52,053 bases of DNA from Propionicimonas sp. (lineage in GTDB: Bacteria > Actinomycetota > Actinomycetes > Propionibacteriales > Propionibacteriaceae): NCBI GenBank assembly GCA_030158185.1, contig JAOATP010000136.1, positions 1 through 52,053 on the forward strand. Direction: 5' to 3'. Positions 9,246 through 20,468 of the stretch are shown here, piece after piece. A program made the translations under genes and the position numbers. The notes beneath the pieces were generated by a model. It worked only from the letters and a program-made list of their open reading frames with translations. It was not told the origin of the DNA and ran no database searches. Position 1 is the stretch's first letter; each line of letters begins with the position of its first letter.

Positions 9246-9887
9246 TCACTCCGCTTCGAACGGCAGGGGCTCGGGGCTGAGGGTCACAGCTGCCACCTGC
9301 GCGGTCACGTGCCGTCGATGGTGGCGGCGGCACAGCACCTGGTAGGCGACCTCCGCGTCACCGATGTCCCCCACCACCACCTGGCTGCCCTCTGTGACCA
9401 TCACGCCGTTGAGGGTACGGGCGTTGTGCGTGGCCGGCTCGCCGCACCAGCAGCGGGGCCGCACCTGCAGCATCTCCATCCGGTCGCACAACTCAACGAG
9501 GCGCCGGGACGCGGGGAAGAGCTCGGTGCGGAAGTCGGTGAGGATCCCGAAGCAGAAGACGTCGATCTGGAGCTCGTCGACGATCCGGGCGAGCTGGTCG
9601 ACGTGGGCTGGCGTGTAGAACTGCGCCTCGTCGCACACAAGGAAGTCGACCCGCCGGCCGCCGGTGAGCTCCGAGACCACGTACTTCCACAGGTCGAGCT
9701 CGCTCGTGACCTCGATGGCCGGGGACGTCAGGCCGATGCGCGAGGTGATCGTCGCCTCGCCAGAGCGGTCCAGCATGGTGAACAGCCGACCCTGCCGTCC
9801 GGCGGTGGACTCGGTGTACGCCATCTGCAGGGCGAGGGTCGACTTGCCACAGTCCATCGGCCCGGTGAAGTAGGTCAGCTCAGCCAT
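9246..9887 (-). CDS. tdk: Thymidine kinase
   Basis: GPMDCGKST P-loop, CDEAQF, CWCG and YQVLCRRH Zn motif. Confidence 0.95.
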   Translation of the reverse strand: MAELTYFTGPMDCGKSTLALQMAYTESTAGRQGRLFTMLDRSGEATITSRIGLTSPAIEVTSELDLWKYVVSELTGGRRVDFLVCDEAQFYTPAHVDQLARIVDELQIDVFCFGILTDFRTELFPASRRLVELCDRMEMLQVRPRCWCGEPATHNARTLNGVMVTEGSQVVVGDIGDAEVAYQVLCRRHHRRHVTAQVAAVTLSPEPLPFEAE

Positions 9888-9934
9888 GGGCCAAGTCTTC
9901 CCCACCCCGACCGGGCCGGGCGAATCAGGACCGT

Positions 9935-10342
9935 TCAGCCGGGGTAGACGAGGCTGCCGGAGCAGGTCTCGCCGGTCTTGGCGTTGGTCGCCCTTGCGGT
10001 GATGGTGTCACTGCCGACCCGGTTGGCCGTCCGCTTCTCGACCTCGAAGGAGCCGCTGCGGCCATGGGTGGTGCGCCTGCCGCTCCAGAAGGTTGTGCCG
10101 TTGTCTGCCAGCGTCACCGTCCAGACCTGGCCCCTGCGGTTCGCGTCCACCTCGAACTCGACCTCGAGCCTGCCGTCGTCCTTCTTGGTCTTCAGCTTCC
10201 AGTCGGTGGACGCGGTGCACGCCCCCGCGGCACGGACGCGGACGCTGCCGCCCTTGGCTTCCGCGCCGGTCGCAGAGAGCGCGAGGCTGGACAGGGAGAG
10301 TGCTGCGACGGCTGCCGCGCCGACGATGCGGGTGAGGTTCAT
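9935..10342 (-). CDS. Secreted hypothetical protein
   Basis: Sec signal peptide ending AEA; beta-rich mature part with two Cys; GGAG SD upstream. Confidence 0.75.
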   Translation of the reverse strand: MNLTRIVGAAAVAALSLSSLALSATGAEAKGGSVRVRAAGACTASTDWKLKTKKDDGRLEVEFEVDANRRGQVWTVTLADNGTTFWSGRRTTHGRSGSFEVEKRTANRVGSDTITARATNAKTGETCSGSLVYPG

Positions 10343-10515
10343 GGCTGCTCCTTGGCTGGGTGGCCGGGAGTTCCGGCCTGACCCCTCAAGGTTCGGCGCA
10401 CCGATGGGCGGTCCACCATTGGTCGATGGTCGTAGTACCCGGGCCAGTGGATCGGTAACCGCGCCGTGTCCGGCTCGACCCGAGCCGGTAATGCCGCAGC
10501 GCCAGACTGCGTTCC

Positions 10516-10941
10516 GTGAGTGAACTCAAGGTGATCAAGGTCAGTTCCGGCAGTCCGTTCGAGGCCAGGGCCGGGTACTCCCGCGCCGTCGCCGTCGGCG
10601 ATCTTGTCTTCGTCTCGAACACGGCGGGCATCGACTACGCGACCCGCGAACTGCCTCCCGACGCGCGCGGCCAGGCGCTCGCGTGTTTCACGACGATCGA
10701 GGCAGCGCTGGCCGCCGTCGGCACGAGCCTCGCCGACGTGGTGAGCACGCGCGTCTTCGTGCCGGACCCGGACGACTGGGACGCCGTCATCGACGTGCTC
10801 GGCGAGAAGTTCCGGGGCATCGACCCGACCTCGACCTTCACGGCGACGCCCCTGGCCGGTGCCTACAAGGTGGAGATCGAGGTCACCGCCTTTCGCGGTG
10901 CGGGCGCGGCAGCAACGCGGCGGGTGTCGCTGCGCGACTGA
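10516..10941 (+). CDS. RidA/YjgF family protein
   Basis: SSGSPFEARAGYSRAV...KVEIEVTA. Confidence 0.88.
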   Translation: MSELKVIKVSSGSPFEARAGYSRAVAVGDLVFVSNTAGIDYATRELPPDARGQALACFTTIEAALAAVGTSLADVVSTRVFVPDPDDWDAVIDVLGEKFRGIDPTSTFTATPLAGAYKVEIEVTAFRGAGAAATRRVSLRD

Positions 10942-12051
10942 TCAGGCGACCAGCAGGGGGACGGCCAGCTCCGCGGGCGTCAGGGAGCCGTGCATGCCCA
11001 CGAGGTCGAGCTCCCGCGGCAGCGTGCGGCTGAGCACGGCGCCGTCGTCTGCCATGGCAACGAGAACGTCGCCGAAGCGGTCGGCCAGCCGTGGGTTCAC
11101 ATCGCCGAACCAGCCGTCCCCGATCGCCTGCGACCGGGTCAGCACCCAGGCTCTGTGACCGAGGCGGTCCTGCCAGCGCGCAGCGACGGCGTCCGGCACC
11201 GGGGTCATCAGCTGCCGGAGCCTGCCCTCGCCTGCGAAGGCCGTCACGTCTGCCATCAGGCCGGCTTCGTCCTCGACGATGACCCGGCGGTCCTTCGGCA
11301 CGTTGACCATGCCGTGGTCGCCGGTGATCACGAGGCGCACGTCGTCCGGCAGGGCTGCCCGCAGGTTGCCCACCAGCGCATCGGCGGCAGCGAGCTCCGC
11401 CAGCCACTGCGTGCTGCCGAGGCCGTGCACATGCCCGGCGTGGTCGAGCTGACGCTCGTAGAAGTAGGAGAGGGTCCGCTCGCCCGCTGCCGAGGCCTGC
11501 ACGGCAAGCTCGACGCGGCGCCGGCGGTTGCGCTCGTCGATCACCGGCAGGAAGGCCGGCCCGCGCAGGGCCGCCGTCGTGAGCCCGCTGCCGGCGAAGT
11601 GCGCAGGTGCGATCGTCGACGTGCGCACGCCGGCGCCGGCGAGCCGTTCGAAGTAGGTGAGCTGCGGCTGCACGTCCAGCCCGCTGAGGTCGGCCGGCCA
11701 GCGCAGCGTGTTCAGGACGGTGCGGGCCGGCGGGTACCAGAAGGAGTAGCCGGCGATGCCGTGGCCGCCGGGTGGCAGCCCCGTGCCGATGCTGGTGATC
11801 GACGTGGCCGTCGTGCTCGGGACGCCGGACGTGATCCAGCGCTCGGCGAGCGCGGTCAGGTTCGGCGCGTGCGCGGCGTGGTCGTTGAGCTGGTGCCAGC
11901 CGAGACCGTCGATGAGCACCAGCACGTAGCGCCGGGCGTCGGGGAGGCCCAGGACATCGTTCGCTCCGGCAACGCCGAGGTGTGCTCCCAGGCTCGGCAG
12001 CAGGTCGGCGAGCGTGGAGACGCCATAGTTGGGGACTGCCGGGCGGATCAT
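10942..12051 (-). CDS. Alkaline phosphatase superfamily / nucleotide pyrophosphatase protein
   Basis: LIDGLG, PSTTATS, LDHAGH, ITGDHG and GMHGS motifs. Confidence 0.88.
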   Translation of the reverse strand: MIRPAVPNYGVSTLADLLPSLGAHLGVAGANDVLGLPDARRYVLVLIDGLGWHQLNDHAAHAPNLTALAERWITSGVPSTTATSITSIGTGLPPGGHGIAGYSFWYPPARTVLNTLRWPADLSGLDVQPQLTYFERLAGAGVRTSTIAPAHFAGSGLTTAALRGPAFLPVIDERNRRRRVELAVQASAAGERTLSYFYERQLDHAGHVHGLGSTQWLAELAAADALVGNLRAALPDDVRLVITGDHGMVNVPKDRRVIVEDEAGLMADVTAFAGEGRLRQLMTPVPDAVAARWQDRLGHRAWVLTRSQAIGDGWFGDVNPRLADRFGDVLVAMADDGAVLSRTLPRELDLVGMHGSLTPAELAVPLLVA

Positions 12052-12635
12052 CCGAAGCTGCCGGTGGCGAGCTGCAGCGCGGTGCCGAAGGCGACAAGCT
12101 GCTGCACCTTGGCCTCTCCGTCGCCGGCAGCGCTGATCCGCACCGTCAGGTCGTCTCCGGCGATCATGCCGGTGAGGCCGTGGTCGGCCTCGCAGTCGGG
12201 GTCGGCACAGGTGGCCGGCTCCAGGTCAACCCGGCGCATGGTGCCCCAGGTGATGGTCAGCCACGTCTCGGCAACAGAGGCCCGACCGGAGCCGTAACGC
12301 TCGGGGTGCGACACCACCTGGCTGAGGGCGACCGAGTTGATGCGACGCAGCGGCACGGACTCTGTCGTGGTGAGGGCCTGGCCCGGTTCGCCGGGGGTCT
12401 CGTTCTCGTCGGTGTGGGCGACGATCAGCCGCGAACCCGTCAGCACGAGGACGGAGAGGTGTCGCTGGATCTCGTCGCGGTTGAACGTGGCCTCGTGGTG
12501 CACGAGGTGGGCAACCGGTTCCTCGGTGCCGAGGGCGAGCGAGACGGCGTCCGCCACCAATTCCGGGAAATACCCGCAGTCGTGGATCTCGGTGTTCAAG
12601 GCCGGCGGCAGGCGCAGCGCAGGGCGTGACGTCAT
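12048..12635 (-). CDS. DUF5998 family protein
   Basis: GYFPELV, HHEATF, HTDE and DLEPATCADPDCEADHG motifs; coupled to the phosphatase gene. Confidence 0.85.
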   Translation of the reverse strand: MTSRPALRLPPALNTEIHDCGYFPELVADAVSLALGTEEPVAHLVHHEATFNRDEIQRHLSVLVLTGSRLIVAHTDENETPGEPGQALTTTESVPLRRINSVALSQVVSHPERYGSGRASVAETWLTITWGTMRRVDLEPATCADPDCEADHGLTGMIAGDDLTVRISAAGDGEAKVQQLVAFGTALQLATGSFG

Positions 12636-12701
12636 TGACCCATCTTCCCACGCCCGCCGTGGTCGACCCCAATTGGGGTCCTCACCGTTAGGGTGTGGGC
12701 C

Positions 12702-13736
12702 GTGAGCACCCGTCCATTCATCGCCGCCCGCGTCGAGGAGTTCATCGACCGGCGCGTGGAAGGGTTCCTGCGCGCCCTCGGCTGGCGCGAGAAGGTGATC
12801 TGCTACACCGGCTACGGCACCCGCGACAGCATCCGGGTCCTCGGTCGCGTCATCCTCGTGCCCAAGCGCGCCCGCTCCGAGCTGGGCAAGGCTACCGAGG
12901 ACCTGATCAAGCGGCGCGGCTTCCGCAACTTCTTCAGCGCAGCCTGCGTCCGGACCCCGGTCTCGATCAGCGTCGGCGGCGAGGTGGTCACCACCACCAC
13001 CGACCGGGGCGGCTACATCGACCAGCGTGTCCGCAACCACGGCCTGCAGCCCGGCTGGCGGACGGTGGACGTGCGCAGCACCACGTCGCGCACGGCGCAC
13101 GCCGATGTGCACGTGATCGCAGACGACATCGAGTTCGGCCTTGTCTCCGACATCGACGACACCATCATCTCGACCATGCTCCCCCGTCCGATGATCGCCG
13201 CCTGGAACTCCTTCATCAGGGACGAGTCGGCGCGGCAGTCCGTCCCGGGCATGGCGCGGATGTACGCCGACCTGCTGGCCGACCACCCCGGCTCCCCCGT
13301 GATCTACATCTCGACGGGCGCCTGGAACACCCACGGCTTCCTCTCGCGCTTCCTGAAGCGGCACGGCTACCCGGCCGGCCCGATGCTGCTCACCGACTGG
13401 GGCCCGACCAACACCGGGTGGTTCCGCTCCGGGATGGCGCACAAGACCGAGACGCTCCTGCAGCTGACCAGGGACCTCCCGAACATCTCCTGGCTGCTGA
13501 TCGGCGACGACGGCCAGCACGACCCGGTGATCTACGCCGACTTCGCCCATGTCGCGCCGGAGAAGGTGCGGGCGATCGCGATCCGCCAGCTGACGCCGGC
13601 AGAGCAGGTACTCGCGCACGGCACAACGACGGTGCTGCCGGAGGAGCAGGAAGCCGCAGCCGACACCCCGTGGGTCGCCGCCCCCGACGGGCGCGGCCTG
13701 CTGTCCGGACTGCGCAGCCTGCTCGACAACCAGTGA
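12702..13736 (+). CDS. App1-family phosphatase (DUF2183)
   Basis: VSDIDDT, YISTGAWN, LLTDWGP and LIGDDGQHDP motifs. Confidence 0.88.
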   Translation: MSTRPFIAARVEEFIDRRVEGFLRALGWREKVICYTGYGTRDSIRVLGRVILVPKRARSELGKATEDLIKRRGFRNFFSAACVRTPVSISVGGEVVTTTTDRGGYIDQRVRNHGLQPGWRTVDVRSTTSRTAHADVHVIADDIEFGLVSDIDDTIISTMLPRPMIAAWNSFIRDESARQSVPGMARMYADLLADHPGSPVIYISTGAWNTHGFLSRFLKRHGYPAGPMLLTDWGPTNTGWFRSGMAHKTETLLQLTRDLPNISWLLIGDDGQHDPVIYADFAHVAPEKVRAIAIRQLTPAEQVLAHGTTTVLPEEQEAAADTPWVAAPDGRGLLSGLRSLLDNQ

Positions 13737-13758
13737 CGAAAGAGAGAAGCAGGACCTG

Positions 13759-16212
<2,454 letters not shown>

Positions 16213-16248
16213 CCGTGCCGGGAGTGCCTGAGTCGAGGAGGGCGAGCC

Positions 16249-16743
16249 ATGGGTTGGCTACCTGAGGACTTCGAGCATCCGCTGCGTGTGCCGGTGGGTG
16301 CCCATCACCACCTGCGGCCCATCCGGGCCTCGGACGTGGAGCTGGACATGCCGGCCGTGATGGGCTCGCAGCAACGGCTGTGGTCCATCTTCGGGAAGGC
16401 CTGGGGCTGGCCGCCGGCCACCATGACGATCGAGCAGGACCGCGAGGACCTGCTGCACCATGAGCGCGAGATCGCGGCGCACCTGTCCTTCAACTACGCC
16501 CTGTTCGACGAACAAGAGACCGAACTGCTCGGCTGTGTGTACCTCGACCCCCCAGAGAAGGTGGGCGCTGACGCGGAGGTCTCCTGGTGGGTGCGCGACG
16601 AGTACCTTGGCACCGACGTCGAGGCTGCCCTGGACGGTGTGGTCCCGGAATGGCTGGCCTCGTCGTGGCCCTTCACTGCCGTCCGCTACATCGGTCGCGA
16701 CCTGACCTGGGACGAGTGGCTTGCGCTCCCCGGCATCCGCTGA
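16249..16743 (+). CDS. GNAT-fold N-acetyltransferase-like protein
   Basis: LRPIRASDVELD...SFNYA...LLGCVY...VSWWV; GAGGAGG SD. Confidence 0.7.
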   Translation: MGWLPEDFEHPLRVPVGAHHHLRPIRASDVELDMPAVMGSQQRLWSIFGKAWGWPPATMTIEQDREDLLHHEREIAAHLSFNYALFDEQETELLGCVYLDPPEKVGADAEVSWWVRDEYLGTDVEAALDGVVPEWLASSWPFTAVRYIGRDLTWDEWLALPGIR

Positions 16744-16853
16744 GGTCGTCCTGCGGCGAAAGGCACCCACTGGAGCCCGATTCGCCCCGCCTTCCGTGCC
16801 TTTGACCGCGTCTCAGGTCGCACCGGCTTCAGGCCGCTGATTAGGGTTGGGCT

Positions 16854-17348
16854 GTGAACTCCGAATTCGACGACCTGCTGGCGGTCAACCGCCGATATGC
16901 CACCTCAGCACCGAAGAACTTCGACGGCATCGCCCACGCCGGGATCGCCGTTGTCACCTGCATGGACTCCCGGCTGCAACCGCTGGAGATGCTCGGCCTC
17001 TTCGTCGGGGAGGCGAAGATCCTGCGCACCCCTGGTGGCCACGTCACCCCTGACGCCCTTGTCGGCTGCGTGCTGGGGGTCAACCTGCTGCAGGTGAACC
17101 GGATCCTCGTGATCAGCCACAGCCGCTGCGCGATGGCCTCCGGTGACGACGCGGAGATCCGCGTCCGCGTCACCGAGGCCAGCGGGCGCGACGCTTCCGC
17201 CCTCACCCCGGACGCGGATCCCGACCAGGCCGGCCGGCTGCGCGCCGACGTCCAGACGCTGGCCAACCACCCGCTGATCAGCGGCCTTGCCGCGGTCGGC
17301 GGCTTCCACTACGACGTCGACACCGGCCTGCTCGCACAGGTCTGCTGA
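16854..17348 (+). CDS. Beta-class carbonic anhydrase
   Basis: TCMDSRL and HSRC Zn ligands; YDVDTG. Confidence 0.92.
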   Translation: MNSEFDDLLAVNRRYATSAPKNFDGIAHAGIAVVTCMDSRLQPLEMLGLFVGEAKILRTPGGHVTPDALVGCVLGVNLLQVNRILVISHSRCAMASGDDAEIRVRVTEASGRDASALTPDADPDQAGRLRADVQTLANHPLISGLAAVGGFHYDVDTGLLAQVC

Positions 17349-17363
17349 CCGGGCCGGAACCGA

Positions 17364-19448
17364 TCAGGCGTCGATGCGCTGGGAGTCCAGCGCGTAGGCA
17401 CCCTCGATGATGAACTCCTTGCGGGGAGCGACGTCGTTGCCCATCAGCTTCTCGAACGTGCCTTCGGCAGCCAGCGCGTCGTCGACGGTGAGGCGGCGCA
17501 GGGTCCGGTGCTGCAGGCTCATCGTGGTGTCGGCCAGCTCGTGGGCGTCCATCTCGCCGAGGCCCTTGTAGCGCTGCGGCTCCTTGAACGCCTGCCCTCG
17601 CTTGGTGAGTTCGGCCAGCTTCCTGCGGTACTCGGCGTCGTTGTACGTGTAGATGTACTTCTCCTGGCCCTTGCGCGGGCTGATCAGCTCGAACCGGTGC
17701 AGCGGCGGGACGGCGGTGTACACCCGGCCCGCCTCGACGAGCGGTCGCATGTACTTGAAGAACAGCGTCGCGAGCAGCGTGCGGATGTGGGCGCCGTCGG
17801 AGTCGGCGTCCGCCATGAAGATCACCTTCGAGTAGCGGGCGGCCTCGAGGTCGAACGTGCGCCCGGAACCGGCCCCCACCACCTGGATGATGGACGCGCA
17901 CTCTGCGTTCTTCAGCATGTCGCCGACGGACGCCTTCTGCACGTTCAGGATCTTGCCCCGGATCGGCAGCAGTGCCTGGAACTCCGAGTCCCGTGCCAGC
18001 TTCGCCGTGCCAAGGGCGGAGTCACCCTCGACGATGAACAGTTCCGTGCGATCAAGGTCCGTGCTGCGGCAGTCAGCGAGCTTCGCCGGCAGGGTGCTCG
18101 ACTCGAGCGCGTTCTTGCGACGCTGGGCGTCCTTGTGGGCGCGGGCCTGCAGGCGGGTGCGGGACGCGGCCACCACCTTCTCCATCACCGCCCGCGCCTG
18201 GGTGCGGAGGGCAGCCTTCGAAGAGGTCAGGAAGTCGCTGAGCTCTGCCTCGACGATGCGGGTGACCAGCCGGGTCACCGGCGGCGTGCCCAGCACCTCC
18301 TTCGTCTGGCCCTCGAACTGCGGCTCGGCAAGCCGGACGGTGACCACGGCCGTCAGCCCCTCCAGGGCGTCGTCCTTGATGATCTCCTCCCCCGCCTTCA
18401 ACAGCCGCGTGCCGTCGAGGCCGCGCAGGAAGGCACGGGTGAGCCCGCGCTCGAACCCGGTGAGGTGGGTGCCGCCCTTGGGGGTGGCGATGATGTTCAC
18501 GAACGAGTGCACGTGCGTGTCGTAGCCGGTGCCCCAGCGCAGGGCGATGTCCACGTCGAGGGTGCGCTCCACGTCGGTGGCCGTCATCGAGCCGGCGTCG
18601 TCGAGCATCGGCACGGTCTCTGTGAACTTGTCGGTGCCCTGCAGGCGGATCACCTCCGTCACGGGCGGGTCGGCGGCGAGGTAGTCGCAGAACTCGGAGA
18701 TGCCACCGTCGTGCTTGAACACCTCTGTGACCGGCTCGGCCTCCCGCGCATCGGTGACGACGAGTTCCAGGCCGGGAACAAGGAAGCTGGTCTGCCTCGC
18801 GCGGGCCAGCAGCTGGGTGCGCGACAGCTCGGCATGGGCGAGGAAGATCTGACGGTCGGGCCAGTACCGCACCCGCGTCCCTGTCACGCCCTTGTTCACC
18901 CGCCCGGTCTTCCGCAGGCCGCCGCCGGGCGTGAACGGTGCGTCGGGGCCGTCACCGTCGAACACCCCGGGGACGCCACGGCGGAAGCTCATCGACCAGA
19001 CGGCGCCGTTGCGGTCGACGTCGACGTCGAGGCGGACGCTCAGCGCGTTCACCACGGAGGCGCCGACGCCGTGCAGGCCGCCGGTGGCGTTGTAGCTGCC
19101 GGCACCGAACTTGCCGCCGGCGTGCAGCTTGGTGAAGACGACCTCGACGCCGCTGAGCTTGGTGCGCGGCTCGATGTCCACCGGGATGCCACGGGCACGG
19201 TCGACGACGTAGATGCTGCCGTCCGCCTCGAGGCGCACGTCGATCTTCGTGCCGAACCCGGAGAGCGCCTCGTCAACGGAGTTGTCGATGATCTCCCACA
19301 GGCAGTGCATCAGGCCGCGGGTGTCTGTGGAGCCGATGTACATGGCCGGGCGCTTGCGGACGGCTTCGAGGCCCTCCAGCACCAGGAGGTGCCGGGCTTC
19401 GTAGTCGCGGCCTTCTGCGGCGGTCTTGGTCGTGGTCACGCCTGACAT
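17364..19448 (-). CDS. parE: DNA topoisomerase IV subunit B (GyrB/ParE family)
   Basis: EAVRKRPAMYIG, EIIDNSVDE, LHAGGKF, VEGDSA, PIRGK, DADSDG and QRYKGLGEM motifs. Confidence 0.9.
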   Translation of the reverse strand: MSGVTTTKTAAEGRDYEARHLLVLEGLEAVRKRPAMYIGSTDTRGLMHCLWEIIDNSVDEALSGFGTKIDVRLEADGSIYVVDRARGIPVDIEPRTKLSGVEVVFTKLHAGGKFGAGSYNATGGLHGVGASVVNALSVRLDVDVDRNGAVWSMSFRRGVPGVFDGDGPDAPFTPGGGLRKTGRVNKGVTGTRVRYWPDRQIFLAHAELSRTQLLARARQTSFLVPGLELVVTDAREAEPVTEVFKHDGGISEFCDYLAADPPVTEVIRLQGTDKFTETVPMLDDAGSMTATDVERTLDVDIALRWGTGYDTHVHSFVNIIATPKGGTHLTGFERGLTRAFLRGLDGTRLLKAGEEIIKDDALEGLTAVVTVRLAEPQFEGQTKEVLGTPPVTRLVTRIVEAELSDFLTSSKAALRTQARAVMEKVVAASRTRLQARAHKDAQRRKNALESSTLPAKLADCRSTDLDRTELFIVEGDSALGTAKLARDSEFQALLPIRGKILNVQKASVGDMLKNAECASIIQVVGAGSGRTFDLEAARYSKVIFMADADSDGAHIRTLLATLFFKYMRPLVEAGRVYTAVPPLHRFELISPRKGQEKYIYTYNDAEYRRKLAELTKRGQAFKEPQRYKGLGEMDAHELADTTMSLQHRTLRRLTVDDALAAEGTFEKLMGNDVAPRKEFIIEGAYALDSQRIDA

Positions 19449-19543
19449 TATCTCGGCCGCGTAACAGTTCTTTGCATTCGCGTGACGGTGTCGGACCTGG
19501 CGTGGCTTTGTCGGAACCGCTGCATACACTGAACACCACGCCG

Positions 19544-19570
19544 GGAACAACGCAGCAGTCGTTGATGTTG
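19544..19570 (+). promoter_or_regulatory. Putative SigR/SigH-type ECF promoter
   Basis: GGAAC-N18-GTTG about 70 bp upstream of the small Cys/His protein gene. Confidence 0.45.
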
Positions 19571-19642
19571 GAAACGGTACGACCCCAGATCGTGAACGAC
19601 CCGAGGTTGTGAGCGTGGGTGACAAGAGAGCGAGGACCACTG

Positions 19643-19834
19643 ATGAGCGTAACCGTTACCGAGACCTTGACCGCAGCCGATCGTTGCGACCGATGCGGCG
19701 CACAGGCATACCTCCGAGTCACCCTCAACTCCGGTGGAGAGCTCCTGTTCTGCGGCCACCACGGCAAGGCCCACTCCGACAAGCTGAGCCAGGTCGCCCT
19801 CAAGATCCAGGACGAAACCAGCAAACTCGCCTGA
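19643..19834 (+). CDS. Small actinobacterial Zn-finger-like protein (DUF7455-like)
   Basis: LTAADRCDRCGAQAY...LLFCGHH; GAGGA SD; usual neighbour of parE. Confidence 0.85.
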   Translation: MSVTVTETLTAADRCDRCGAQAYLRVTLNSGGELLFCGHHGKAHSDKLSQVALKIQDETSKLA

Positions 19835-19840
19835 AGCTTC

Positions 19841-19880
19841 AGCGAGGGCCCCGGGGTTTGTCCCCGGGGCCCTTCGCTTT
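19841..19880 (+). terminator. Intrinsic terminator hairpin
   Basis: AGCGAGGGCCCCGGGG-TTTGT-CCCCGGGGCCCTTCGCT followed by TT, right after the stop. Confidence 0.75.
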
Positions 19881-19902
19881 CCCCGGCTGGGATACTGCCG
19901 GC

Positions 19903-20427
19903 ATGAGTGTTGACGCGATCCTCGGTGACCTGACCGTCGAGCCCGCGGACGCCCTGGTGAACGCAGCCAACGCCAGCCTGCTCGGCGGCGGCGGGGTGGA
20001 CGGCGCGCTGCACGCGGCCGCCGGTCCGGAGCTCCTCGCCGAGTGCCGCAGGGTGCGTGCCGGCCAGTACCCCGACGGGCTTCCCGTCGGGCACTCCGTC
20101 GCCACCCGCGCGGCCCTCCTGCCCGCTCGCTGGGTGATCCACACCGTCGGACCGAACCGGAACGCCGGCCAGACCGACGAGTCGTTGCTCGCCGCGTGCT
20201 ACACCACCTCCCTCGACGTCGCCTGCGGCCTCGGTGCGAGGACCGTTGCCTTCCCTGCCGTCGGCGCCGGCGTCTACGGCTGGGACGCGGCAACGGCGGC
20301 ACGCGTGGCGGTGGACGCCGTGCTCGCGCATCCACGGACCGGGATCGAGCGGGTGCGCTTCGTGCTCTTCAGCCCTCGCCTGCTGCAGTCCTTCACAGCA
20401 GCACTCGAGGCCGCCCGCCAGCCCTGA
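19903..20427 (+). CDS. Macro-domain O-acetyl-ADP-ribose deacetylase (YmdB-like)
   Basis: GDLT, VNAANASLLGGGGVDGALH, VIHTVGP and AFPAVGAGVYG motifs. Confidence 0.92.
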   Translation: MSVDAILGDLTVEPADALVNAANASLLGGGGVDGALHAAAGPELLAECRRVRAGQYPDGLPVGHSVATRAALLPARWVIHTVGPNRNAGQTDESLLAACYTTSLDVACGLGARTVAFPAVGAGVYGWDAATAARVAVDAVLAHPRTGIERVRFVLFSPRLLQSFTAALEAARQP

Positions 20428-20468
20428 CCGGGTCGGCCGCGGCCCACCCACGGGCCTAGAGTGCAGGA

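Noticed and set aside
10942-12635. PglZ-like phosphatase as part of a BREX defence system
   Set aside because: No brx/pgl genes nearby; the DUF5998-phosphatase pair is common actinobacterial backbone.
19903-20427. Macro domain as an antitoxin or defence component (DarG-like)
   Set aside because: Stand-alone YmdB-type sequence with no adjacent ADP-ribosyltransferase.
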